From the NCBI GenBank assembly GCA_049510745.1, contig JBEKYR010000002.1:1-64000 (forward strand): DNA of 64,000 nucleotides, in the 5' to 3' direction. Below the pieces are notes generated by a model. It did no database searches and had not been told where the DNA came from. It saw only the letters and a list, made by a program, of their open reading frames with translations. Position 1 is the first letter of the stretch. Each line of letters begins with the position of its first letter. The position numbers were made by a program, and so were the translations under genes. The stretch comes from Verrucomicrobiota bacterium (lineage in GTDB: Bacteria > Verrucomicrobiota > Verrucomicrobiia > Limisphaerales > Palsa-1400). Positions 40,541 through 50,028 of the stretch are shown here, one piece after another.

Positions 40541-41707
40541 ATGAAAACCCTGCACCTCTACCTGACCCGCCAAATGCTGGCGACGTTGGGCATGACGGTG
40601 TTCGTGGTGACGTTTGTTCTGCTGCTGGGCAACGTCATCAAGGAAATCCTCAACCTGCTGGTCAACCGCCAGGCCACACTGAGCCTGGCCCTGCACGGCA
40701 TCCTGCTGCTGATACCCTACGTTCTGGCCTTCTCGCTGCCCATCGGGATGCTCACGGCGGCCTTGCTGGTTTTTGGGCGGTTCAGCGCGGACCAGGAATT
40801 GATGGCGGCGCGCGCCAGCGGGATCAGCCTGGTCAGCCTGATCACGCCGATCCTGCTGCTGAGCGTGGCGGTCAGCGGCTTGTGCGCGTGGCTCAACTTC
40901 GACATCGCCCCGGCCAGCCGGATGGCTTACAAGGAACTGCTCTTCCGCGCCTCGGCCAAAAATCCGTCCGACATCCTGCGCCCCGGCGAGCCGGTGCCGT
41001 TGGGCAATTACACCATTTTGGTCGGCAAAAAGGACGGAACCAACCTGGAAAACGTCATCGTCACCAAATGGACGCGCACGGGCGAACTGAAGGAATGGCT
41101 GCAAGGCCCAACCGGAACGCTGTTCTCCGATCCGGCCCGCAAACAAATCATTCTGACGGTGCATTCGGCCCAAGGCTGGTTCCACGAAACCAACGGGTGG
41201 GAGCCGAAATTGTCCGGGGGCGACCCGCAAATCCCGCTGGAAATCGAGTCGCAGGCGCAGACGATGCTGGCGGTGCCGCCCAGTGACATGACCTTCCACC
41301 AATTGCGCGCGGAGCTGGAACGATTGCAGCGGCCCCTGGCCAACCCCGCGCCGCCGGCCCGCCCGCAGAGCGGGGCCGTGAAAGGCGAGCGCGAGGTCCG
41401 GCAAATTGTCGAAGACATAACCACGCCGGTGATGGTGTACATGCACCGCGAAGTGGCGTTTTCGTTTGCGTGCATTGGTTTTACGCTGGTGGGGATTCCG
41501 CTGGGCATCCGGGCGCACCGGCGCGAGACCAGCGCGGGGGTGGCCATCGCGCTGGTGTTGATGCTCATTTATTACAGCTTCGTGGTGCTGGCCCAGGCGT
41601 GGGTCGGCCATCCCGAACGCGCCCCGTACCTGATCGTCTGGCTGCCGAACTTCATTTTCCAGGCGGTGGGCGCGGTGCTGCTCTGGCGGGCAAACCGGCG
41701 CGGGTGA
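40541..41707 (+). CDS. lptF: LptF/LptG family LPS export permease
   Basis: GRFSADQELMAARASGIS, LVGIPLG, WLPN. Confidence 0.85.
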   Translation: MKTLHLYLTRQMLATLGMTVFVVTFVLLLGNVIKEILNLLVNRQATLSLALHGILLLIPYVLAFSLPIGMLTAALLVFGRFSADQELMAARASGISLVSLITPILLLSVAVSGLCAWLNFDIAPASRMAYKELLFRASAKNPSDILRPGEPVPLGNYTILVGKKDGTNLENVIVTKWTRTGELKEWLQGPTGTLFSDPARKQIILTVHSAQGWFHETNGWEPKLSGGDPQIPLEIESQAQTMLAVPPSDMTFHQLRAELERLQRPLANPAPPARPQSGAVKGEREVRQIVEDITTPVMVYMHREVAFSFACIGFTLVGIPLGIRAHRRETSAGVAIALVLMLIYYSFVVLAQAWVGHPERAPYLIVWLPNFIFQAVGAVLLWRANRRG

Positions 41708-41724
41708 GATTATTGAAAATATAA

Positions 41725-41945
41725 GAATGAGTGAATCAGTGAATGAGTGAGTGGAGCAGGGAAGGCGGATGGACCGATGGCCAAGGGTGCGGGCCACAGA
41801 TGAACACGGATGAACGCAGCGCGGCAGCCGCAACCCAGACCTGCCCAGAGGAAATTGACTCGCGCAGAGGCGCAGAGGGCGCAGAGGAATATCAAGAAGA
41901 AAAGCGATTCATGATTTTCTCTGCGCCTCTGCGGCTCTGCGCGAG
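41725..41945. repeat. Composite short-repeat / REP-like region
   Basis: GAAT(G/C)AGT x3; cacagatgaacacggatgaacgcag; long hairpin ctcgcgcagaggcgcagagggcgcagagg ... ttctctgcgcctctgcggctctgcgcgag. Confidence 0.7.
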
Positions 41946-42266
41946 AAAATCTCGTTGGAAATGCGCGATTTTTCACTATAGTGGTGCATGCTTTTCCCGA
42001 GACTTCGCTCGGGAAACGAGGCTTCGCAGCCGGCATCCTGCGACCGGCTTGTTTTCGTTGCGACCAACATGTTGGTCTTAGTTTTTGGATAGCAGAACAG
42101 ATTGACTAAAAGACCATGCGCTTGAACTCGACTTTGGTCGCGCCGGCTTGATGGAATTGGCAAGGGTTTTCCCAGTGGCGGCAAGGAACGACCTAGTGGC
42201 GGGCGACCCTCGCAGAAGGTATAAAGGCACTTGCGTGTCTCACCAACCCGCGGGTGCGGATTGGGC

Positions 42267-42308
42267 GGAGTCTGGATACGCTCAATATCCGGACTCCGTT
42301 TTGTTTTT
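42267..42308 (+). terminator. Terminator-like hairpin
   Basis: cggagtctggata-cgctcaa-tatccggactccg followed by TTTTGTTTTT. Confidence 0.55.
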
Positions 42309-42410
42309 ACGGGTTGGAAGCGAATCAGTGAGTGGAGCAAGGAATGCTATCGCATACACCCATCAATTGGTAGCAGGCGGGGCGTTCGTGCCAAAAAACT
42401 ACTGATAAGG

Positions 42411-43013
42411 CTACCCTTTTGTGAATGGCTTCGCATCTTCGTCCTGAGTCAAGCGGCTGAACTGCGGGCCAATCGCCCTGTAATACTTCCGTTGCCGTCC
42501 GGTGTAAGGCTGCTTCACCGCAGGCTCAACATCTCGCAGGACTAATTGAGCGATGCGCACGCCGGGAAACAAATCGAGTGGCATCGTTCCAACATTCGAT
42601 AGTTCCAGAGTTACCACGCCGCTGAAACCGGGCTCAATGCACGTAGCCGTAGCAATTTGAAGCCCCACTCGAGACCAGGATGAGCGCCCTTCAACTTGCC
42701 CTTCCAAATCCGAGGGCATCTGGAGATATTCAAATGTGCAACCTAACGCTAACTGGCCAGGATGCAGCACAAACTTATGTCCAAATCTCACTACTCGTCG
42801 CTCCTGAAGGCTGCGCAACTGAATATCCGACAGCACGAACGGGTTGAGCGATTCCCCCATGTGCATGCGGAAAACTATGAATTGATTGCCAAGACGCAGA
42901 TCAACTGAAATGTCTCCAAACTGCTTCGGTGACAAAATCGGCGTAATCACGAGCTGCTTTGCATCAGTTTCCCGCAACCTCGATTCAATTCTCTCTTTGC
43001 TGAGTGTGCTCAT
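42411..43013 (-). CDS. dcd: dCTP deaminase (trimeric dUTPase-like fold)
   Basis: SVDLRLG, FVLHPGQ, EGRSSWSRVGL, IEPGFSGVVTLELSN, PGVRIAQL. Confidence 0.9.
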   Translation of the reverse strand: MSTLSKERIESRLRETDAKQLVITPILSPKQFGDISVDLRLGNQFIVFRMHMGESLNPFVLSDIQLRSLQERRVVRFGHKFVLHPGQLALGCTFEYLQMPSDLEGQVEGRSSWSRVGLQIATATCIEPGFSGVVTLELSNVGTMPLDLFPGVRIAQLVLRDVEPAVKQPYTGRQRKYYRAIGPQFSRLTQDEDAKPFTKG

Positions 43014-44478
43014 GTTCGGAGATAGATTTGATCTCTGGCCCGAATTTCGTCTGGACGTAGCTCACCTCGATGGCTTTGAGAACCAATCGAAACAGATCAT
43101 CAAAATTACTCGGCGTTCCCCAACTGGGGTTTTCCTCCAGGCGCAAGCAACTGTACGCCCAAGCGGCGTTCCAAATGTCAGCTATCGCAGCCGGTGCCAT
43201 ATCCGGCCACGTCCCTGTCTCGTTCGGAGGGATTCCCTGCTTTAACCTCAGCACGAGCTCGTGGATGACTCCCAAGTTTTGCTTGAGTTGATACGGAGCT
43301 TGTGATTCCGTCGGAAGGAACGTTAACACTTCCTCTTGAACAGCAGGCCAGTTCTGCTGGATCACCTTGTACGCCTCGAGCGTGCGGATGTCGGCGTTTA
43401 TTTCCAGGACATCGTCATTCTCGGAAGCCAAATCCCGCACTTTCTGTAGAAAGCGAACATATGGGAGAATCAAGGCACGGTATTCTGAATTACCGGCGAA
43501 ACAATCCTCTTCAACCAAATCCTTGGTGACTACTTCTGATATCGTGCGTAACCGCATGCGCCAAGGAGGATAACGACCACAGGCACACGGATTGGCATCG
43601 AGCTTGAATCGAACAGAAAACTCGCCGAGACAAGCAAGAGCCGCCGGCCCCAACAAATGCGCGCCAACAAAGTCGCTGATTAATTCTTTGAAACCGGAAC
43701 GAGTCAATTCCATCGTCTCCTTCATCGTTTCAGAGACGTACTGGTCCCGGTAAATTTTTTTTAACAACTCCTCCTGAGGACTCCTGTTGGCGTTCTCATA
43801 GTTCATCTTGATTCTATGTTGGATGACGTCCTTCGCCTGTGCCCAAAGGCCATCAAACTCAGCAGTCAGCCAGTCAGTAGCAAGAATGTGCCCAACTTCG
43901 TGTCCCCAGTTGACATGCATCAATACGTTCATTCGTTCAACACGCGGAAACGAAATGCAATAGATGCGGCACTTACCGCTTTCACCGACAGCCTGCTCCC
44001 AATCAGAAAGCGGCATCCACTTACCCAAAGAGGCAAAGCAGGCTCTCAAAGTCTCGACGAACGCCCCCTTGATGCTATAGTTATAAGACCATTGCGGCCG
44101 CAAAATAAAGCAGCACTCCTTAGGAGTATGCTGTTTAAGAAATGCCTCGGTTGCCTGGACCATACTCCACGGCGTTTGCTCAATTCGAGAACGTTCGGCA
44201 AAGCGGAGGTGCTCTCCCATGCTCCGTAAGATGGCGTAAATATAAGGGAGTTTCTGTACGGGGGCGGAATCGAGTCTTACGCCTACCAACGCGGCCGTGC
44301 GGCCTATTAGCTGGCAGAAAGTGACAGCAGTTTCCGTAGGGTAATCCTCCGCCTCCTCTAGCCTCGCTGCCAATTGCTCCAAGCTACTGGCGTGGCGAAA
44401 CAACTCTCGTCTGAGGGTCGCACTACGCCAATCCTCGTTTTGGTCGGCGGGTTTACCATCTTTAGAAGTACTGGCCAT
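42985..44478 (-). CDS. 497-aa HExxH zincin-like protein
   Basis: GHEVGH, ELISD, YPPWRMR; lower GC; overlaps the dcd start. Confidence 0.7.
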   Translation of the reverse strand: MASTSKDGKPADQNEDWRSATLRRELFRHASSLEQLAARLEEAEDYPTETAVTFCQLIGRTAALVGVRLDSAPVQKLPYIYAILRSMGEHLRFAERSRIEQTPWSMVQATEAFLKQHTPKECCFILRPQWSYNYSIKGAFVETLRACFASLGKWMPLSDWEQAVGESGKCRIYCISFPRVERMNVLMHVNWGHEVGHILATDWLTAEFDGLWAQAKDVIQHRIKMNYENANRSPQEELLKKIYRDQYVSETMKETMELTRSGFKELISDFVGAHLLGPAALACLGEFSVRFKLDANPCACGRYPPWRMRLRTISEVVTKDLVEEDCFAGNSEYRALILPYVRFLQKVRDLASENDDVLEINADIRTLEAYKVIQQNWPAVQEEVLTFLPTESQAPYQLKQNLGVIHELVLRLKQGIPPNETGTWPDMAPAAIADIWNAAWAYSCLRLEENPSWGTPSNFDDLFRLVLKAIEVSYVQTKFGPEIKSISEHEHTQQREN

Positions 44479-44507
44479 TTGCCAAAGAAAGAGAACGCTC
44501 GCTCCGA

Positions 44508-44996
44508 CTAGGTTGAGTTCGCCACGAAAAGTTCATTATCTCTCGGTAAGCCGTTATCCGTGAGCTGCATCAGAAGACGTTGAGATAGCTCCGATAAGAG
44601 TGCGGATGCAAGTTGCAGCTTATCCGAGGGTAAAACACCCTTGCCTTTTGATCCGCCCCTAATCAAGAACTGGTATAATCTGCGGAGGAATTCCACGACC
44701 TCGTTTTCCCGCTCTAGACCTGCCTCACGCATCCGTCGCTCGATGCCAATTAATGCCGCATAAAAAGTGGGCCGCACCTCCGTCGCCTGAACCGCCAAGT
44801 TGCCAATACTTCCAGCACCATTAGAACTACCGGCAGTCCAATCTACCTGATTCAAGAATCCCCCAGCCCATACAAGAAGCTCGCGGTCGGTCGAAGTCGT
44901 CGGCTGTCCTTTGCTTAGTTTGCTTAACACGGTAGCGGCAGAGTCAAGTCTGCTGCTCACTTCAAAAAGACGAGATGATTCAATTAAATCTGCCAT
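44508..44996 (-). CDS. Alpha-helical hypothetical protein, first gene of the dcd operon
   Basis: AAGGAG RBS before ATG at 44996; 162 aa. Confidence 0.7.
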   Translation of the reverse strand: MADLIESSRLFEVSSRLDSAATVLSKLSKGQPTTSTDRELLVWAGGFLNQVDWTAGSSNGAGSIGNLAVQATEVRPTFYAALIGIERRMREAGLERENEVVEFLRRLYQFLIRGGSKGKGVLPSDKLQLASALLSELSQRLLMQLTDNGLPRDNELFVANST

Positions 44997-45256
44997 AGTC
45001 GCTCCTTCCACGCTCAGATATTAACCTCATTTCTCTAGTCCGTCACTTCTAATGCACCCGACATACTTTGCCATAGCCGGTGCCCGTTCATCACCAGATG
45101 CGGCTTCCGTGCTCATGCTTGGGCGGATTTAAGCATTGATTTCGTGAGAAATCGGACTTCAGGGCCACAATACATAGTGTTAATCTAATGTCAAGCCCCA
45201 ATTTGTGGGGTTTTTGCTCTATTGCAGCAAATGCTGCCAGATGCGAGGAGGGCTTG

Positions 45257-45375
45257 TCAAGCCGCCGCTACAACACGCAATGGCACAACCTTCGCCGCCG
45301 CCCTATTCTGCCGAGTCGCTTTTGCCGCTTTCACGGCCTCCGGTGTGACGCCGAACCGCTTTTCCGATTCGATTT
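45257..45375 (-). pseudogene. Possible C-terminal relic of a tyrosine integrase
   Basis: ESEKRFGVTPEAVKAAKATRQNRAAAKVVPLRVVAAA* resembles integrase tails; no catalytic residues remain. Confidence 0.35.
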
Positions 45376-45742
45376 GGCTGGTCGAGTTCGGGTCAAACTG
45401 TGCTGCGCTGGCCGCCATATCACCCCATTCGACCCGCCTTGTCGCTGCTGGGTACCTGAGGAAGACGCTCTGCTGGGCTCGATGCTGGACGAGGTGTCAG
45501 CCAGACCAGAATGGCGCTCAGATAAGGGATAAAGCTCGCCAAATCGTTTATCGATAGGATCTTATGATGGGCGTGAAGCTCGATCAACAAAACTGTGAAT
45601 ATCGCCGCAGAACAATCTCCGCCGACGCCGCCGGCGAGTGCGACCAGAACGGCCGCACTCCCCAAAAAAGTCGCCAAGGATTCGGGTTTTTCGCGCAAGG
45701 GAAGGTTTGACTTGGCGGGTCGGTAAACTTAGAGTGAAATGC

Positions 45743-46786
45743 ATGTTGGCTGCTGAAACCAGTCGGGTTGCCGTCCCCATCAGTTCACCGCCGCCGCAAA
45801 CCTCGGGCTGGAAAGAGATTGCGGAAGCGGTGGAACCGTTTCTGCAAAGCGTGGCCCGGCGTCTGGAGGCGCAAACGGCGGAGTTCGAGCCGCAAATCGC
45901 CGATTTCGCCCGGTATGCCCTGACCGCCCAGGGCAAGCAGCTTCGCCCCATCCTGGTCTCGCTTTGCGGCGAGGCGGTCGGGAGGCTCAATGAATCGCAT
46001 CTGACGGTGGCGGTGATCATTGAAATGATCCACCTGGCGACGCTGGTGCATGACGACGTGATCGACGAGGGGCAGTTGCGGCGGGGCCGGCTGACGCTGG
46101 CGGCCAATTGGGGCAATGAGATTTCCGTGCTGCTGGGCGACTGCCTGTTCGCGCACGCGCTCAAACTGTCGGCCAGCTTCCCCACGCCCGAGATTTGCCG
46201 GGCGGTGTCGGCGGCGACCAACACGGTTTGCGCCGGGGAGATACTGCAAAGCCGTTCGCGGGGGGATTTTGGCGTGACGCGCGGGCAGTATTTCAAGATG
46301 CTGGCGATGAAGACGGGGGAATTGTTCGCGTTGTCCTGCGATCTGGGGGCGCACTTGAGCGAGGCGACATCCGCGCGGCGCCAGGCCCTCCGGCAATACG
46401 GGCTGGCTCTGGGCACGGCTTACCAACTTTACGATGACTGCCTGGATGTGCTCGGCTCGGAGGCCGCCGCCGGCAAAACACTCGGCGCGGACCTGGCCAA
46501 GGGGAAAATGACGCTGCCCATCCTGGTGGTGCGCGACCGCGCCAGCGCGGAGGACCAGTTGCGGTTGCGCCTTTGGCTGGCCAACTGGGAACCGGGCTTC
46601 CTGGCGGGTGTGGTGGAATTGATCGTCAAGTACGACGCTTTTACCGAGTCGCGGGCCATCCTGCAGCAATACCTTGTGGCGGCCCGGCAGGCGTTGACGA
46701 CGTTGCCGCCGTCGGAGGGCCGGGCGGGGCTGATGGGCTTGACACACTTTCTTGCGGAACAAACCGAGGCCCTGGGGGTTTACTAG
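45743..46786 (+). CDS. Polyprenyl diphosphate synthase
   Basis: GKQLRP, HDDVID..RRG, KTGELF, QLYDDCLD. Confidence 0.92.
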   Translation: MLAAETSRVAVPISSPPPQTSGWKEIAEAVEPFLQSVARRLEAQTAEFEPQIADFARYALTAQGKQLRPILVSLCGEAVGRLNESHLTVAVIIEMIHLATLVHDDVIDEGQLRRGRLTLAANWGNEISVLLGDCLFAHALKLSASFPTPEICRAVSAATNTVCAGEILQSRSRGDFGVTRGQYFKMLAMKTGELFALSCDLGAHLSEATSARRQALRQYGLALGTAYQLYDDCLDVLGSEAAAGKTLGADLAKGKMTLPILVVRDRASAEDQLRLRLWLANWEPGFLAGVVELIVKYDAFTESRAILQQYLVAARQALTTLPPSEGRAGLMGLTHFLAEQTEALGVY

Positions 46787-46813
46787 AGACTGGGTCGATT
46801 TAAAGGCACTTCA

Positions 46814-47461
46814 TTGCATGCGAAAGCGCCATTGGCAAAAGCTGTGACACTGCCGCCGGAGCCGGAGCCGGAAGCCGGTTCCGAAGGCGACGAGGTCGGC
46901 GACCTTGCGTTGGTGCGCCGCGCCCAAGAGCAGGACGTGGGCGCGTACGACGAATTGGTGCGGCGCTACCAGGAGCGCCTTTACGCCACGGTCTATCACA
47001 TGACCTCCAATCACGAGGACGCCAACGACCTGGTGCAGGAAACGTTTATCAAGGCATACCGGGCGTTGAAATCGTTCAAGGGCGATTCGAGCTTTTACAC
47101 GTGGATTTACCGGATCGCGGTCAACAAGACCATCAACTTCCTCAAGCAGCGCAAGAACCGCATCCACATGAGCCTGAACGACGTGGATTTCAACGCGGAA
47201 AACGATCCGGATCTGGTCGCGCTGGTGTCGGAGCGGACGCCGCGAAGGGACTTGAATTTGAGCGAATTGCAGGAGAAATTGAACGGCGCGATGCAGAAAC
47301 TGTCAGAACATCACAGAATGGTTGTGACGTTGCACGACATCCAGGGGTTGTCCCATGAGGAAATCGGGACGATCATGGACTGCAACGTGGGCACCGTTCG
47401 CTCGCGGCTGTTTTACGCCCGGCAGCAATTACAGGCCTATCTCTGCGATTATTTGAAGTAG
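46814..47461 (+). CDS. ECF sigma factor (RpoE-like)
   Basis: DLVQETFIKAY, FYTWIYRIAVN, GTVRSRLFYAR; start codon uncertain. Confidence 0.92.
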   Translation: MHAKAPLAKAVTLPPEPEPEAGSEGDEVGDLALVRRAQEQDVGAYDELVRRYQERLYATVYHMTSNHEDANDLVQETFIKAYRALKSFKGDSSFYTWIYRIAVNKTINFLKQRKNRIHMSLNDVDFNAENDPDLVALVSERTPRRDLNLSELQEKLNGAMQKLSEHHRMVVTLHDIQGLSHEEIGTIMDCNVGTVRSRLFYARQQLQAYLCDYLK

Positions 47462-47483
47462 CGCGAAAAGTTCGATTGGCAGC

Positions 47484-47951
47484 ATGAATACCAACCCGGA
47501 GAGTTTTGAGGCAGTGCGCAAACTCATGGCGGTCAAGCGCCACGAAGCGCCGCCGCCCGGTTATTTCAACACGTTATCGGGAAAGATCGTGTCGCGCATT
47601 GAGCGCGGGGAAGGGCAACTGAATTTTTGGGAACGGCTCTCGACCAGCTTCACATTGCGGCCGGCGTTTGCCTACGCCTTTGCCGTGGCCGCGTTTGGCG
47701 CGTTCACGGCCAGCGTGTTTTATTCCGGCAAAGCCTCGATCCAGGAGCCGCTGGCCCAGGAAGGGCCGGCGACGGCCTGGGCGACGGCCGCCCCGCACGC
47801 GGCGTTTGCGAGCCAGATGGAATCGACCCCGCCGCTGCACGTGCCCAATTGGCTGGGCAACACCAATCCCGGCGCGCCGCCGCAAAGCCTGCCGTCCTTA
47901 TTCGCCCCGCAGGGCCGCGCCGTCCCGGTGTCCTACCAGACGGGGAACTGA
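47484..47951 (+). CDS. Putative membrane anti-sigma factor
   Basis: Follows the ECF gene; KRHEAPPPGYF N-terminus and a single TM segment. Confidence 0.6.
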   Translation: MNTNPESFEAVRKLMAVKRHEAPPPGYFNTLSGKIVSRIERGEGQLNFWERLSTSFTLRPAFAYAFAVAAFGAFTASVFYSGKASIQEPLAQEGPATAWATAAPHAAFASQMESTPPLHVPNWLGNTNPGAPPQSLPSLFAPQGRAVPVSYQTGN

Positions 47952-48027
47952 TATTCCTGAATTTTGAGCGAGCGCCAACTGCTGAACCGCAGTCTGAGTG
48001 CGCTGCAACTTCAGCGATTTTAAACTG

Positions 48028-50028
48028 TTAAATTTGCGAGCCGGGCGGCGCAGATTTTGGCAGCAGCCTTGAAATGATGGCGAGCAGCACCACCACGACC
48101 AACGCCAAAACTGCCCAAAACAGCACACCGCCTTTGCCCGGTACCTGGTTCTCGCGCCACGAAGATTTTTGGAGTTGTTCTTCCGCACCGAGCGTGGCCG
48201 CCGTTTTGTCCGTCGCCAGCAATTCATTTGCGACCAGACTCAGATCGTAACGCGGCGCGGCCGCGCGCGCATTGCCATAATAGAGAAATGGCTCGTCGTT
48301 CAGCCCGGCTTTGAACAGCAGGCGCGTGGCCAAATAGAAGAGCCGGAAATTTTCCAGTTCGACGGGCGGGTTGTCGCCGTTTTCGGTTTCCAAGAATAAT
48401 GTGTCGCTCCGCGGCGGGTTGTCGAGCGTCAAGATGAACTCCCTGCCTGCCCGGCCCGGAGTTTGAATCCACGACGCCTGGCCCAAGGTGCGCCGGTAGG
48501 GCGCGCCGCGCTCATCGGCCAGCTCTTCCTCAAGGGTCATCTCGCGCCGGAACAGCGGCGTTCGCGCGGCGCAGACCAGACGCAGGACGGGCAGCGCCGG
48601 ACGCGGGAGTTTGATCCTCCATCGGCTGAGTCTCGGATTTTTGGAATCGCCGGCCGCCGCGATCACCGGGGTCAGCGCGCGGCTGATGGACGTGCGCTCA
48701 ATAATGTAGGAAACCTGCCGGCCGCCGCGCAGCAGGCGCAAGTCCTGAAAATCCCGCTGGGCGCGGGAAAGCACGTCGGGGTCGAGTTCGAGCTGCTGCG
48801 CGCCGGCGCGCGTGAGGTTGACCGTTTTGCGGAATTTCCACGCCGACACGTCGAGCGCGACTCCGGTCGCCTGGACATCGGGCAAAACTTCGGGCGGACG
48901 ATAGCTTGGATTGTCCGCCAACGGGGAAAGTTCGATAAGCGAGGGCGCAATGCTTTTCAGATTCGCGCCGAGGGCGGCAAGGTCGAAGTGCGGCGTGGCG
49001 CACTGAGAATTGCCCGTCAGCAAATGGTGCGCGCCGGCCTGCCGCGCCAGAAACACAAGATAGACCGGTCGCCGCTCGCCGCCCACGGCGGTGATGGGCA
49101 GCGGCGGGCTGTCGTGGTTGCGAATGAGCAGCAGCAATTCGCGCGAACGAACCTGGCTTTCCACCGGCACGAAAAGCTGAGCGGCAGCCGGCTGGCCTTC
49201 AACGGCCACCCGATAAATGACGCCGCCGGCCAAAGTTTGTTCGCGAATCGAATCCTCGGAAATTTGCGGCGCGGTCACCGTAACTTCGCGCGTGAACAAC
49301 GGTTCAGGCGTTTCGAGATGGAGCGTCGCCAGATTTAAATTCGCCGCGCCGAGATTGAGCGTCAGGCGGGTTTCTCCGGGGCTTTCCTGTCGGTCGGTGA
49401 TGGTCACGGGCAGAGATTCGCCCGGCACAGGCTGGCTGGCGGCCGCGTGGACGCGCGCGCCCGTGAACGGAATCGGCTCGGATCGCTGGTCGTCCACAGT
49501 CAGCCGCAGCCAGGGCAAGGTTCCCGCCCGAATGTCAAGATGAAGCTGGCTGGCGCCGTTCGGCTGGCGGAAGATCGGTTTTCCCCGCGCCAGGATTTCC
49601 CAGCGGTTTCCGTCGGCGGAAGTTTCGATTTGAACGGACTTGATGAAGCTGGTTGCCGGACTTTCCAGCGTGACGCCGTCGAGCGGTTGCGCCTGTCCGG
49701 TTTCAAGCGTGAGAACGGTCGCGCGGGCGTTGAGGGAAACCTGAAATGACTTCGGGTTCTGCGCAATTTTTGGCGCCGCGGTTGGCCGTTCAATCAAGTA
49801 AGGCATCTCCTTGCCGGCGTCGTCGTAAAGGCGCAAATCTTCCAGCGCGGGCCGCGCGGCATTGAGCGTCGCGACGGGCAGACTCAATTTGATCAGGCCG
49901 GGGGCCGGCGCGTCGAACTGTTGCTCGTGTTGCCAGTCGCTTGGCAAAGCGGCCGCGCCGGCAGCCGCGCCGCACACCAGCGCGAGAACGGAAAACACCA
50001 TGGCCGCGCGACTATTGGCCAGGTTCAT
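48028..50028 (-). CDS. DUF3999-like exported protein with duplicated domain and C-terminal TM anchor
   Basis: Signal peptide; two repeats (DLRLYDD..PYLIER and DLRLLR..SYIIER); FWAVLALVVVVL anchor. Confidence 0.65.
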   Translation of the reverse strand: MNLANSRAAMVFSVLALVCGAAAGAAALPSDWQHEQQFDAPAPGLIKLSLPVATLNAARPALEDLRLYDDAGKEMPYLIERPTAAPKIAQNPKSFQVSLNARATVLTLETGQAQPLDGVTLESPATSFIKSVQIETSADGNRWEILARGKPIFRQPNGASQLHLDIRAGTLPWLRLTVDDQRSEPIPFTGARVHAAASQPVPGESLPVTITDRQESPGETRLTLNLGAANLNLATLHLETPEPLFTREVTVTAPQISEDSIREQTLAGGVIYRVAVEGQPAAAQLFVPVESQVRSRELLLLIRNHDSPPLPITAVGGERRPVYLVFLARQAGAHHLLTGNSQCATPHFDLAALGANLKSIAPSLIELSPLADNPSYRPPEVLPDVQATGVALDVSAWKFRKTVNLTRAGAQQLELDPDVLSRAQRDFQDLRLLRGGRQVSYIIERTSISRALTPVIAAAGDSKNPRLSRWRIKLPRPALPVLRLVCAARTPLFRREMTLEEELADERGAPYRRTLGQASWIQTPGRAGREFILTLDNPPRSDTLFLETENGDNPPVELENFRLFYLATRLLFKAGLNDEPFLYYGNARAAAPRYDLSLVANELLATDKTAATLGAEEQLQKSSWRENQVPGKGGVLFWAVLALVVVVLLAIISRLLPKSAPPGSQI

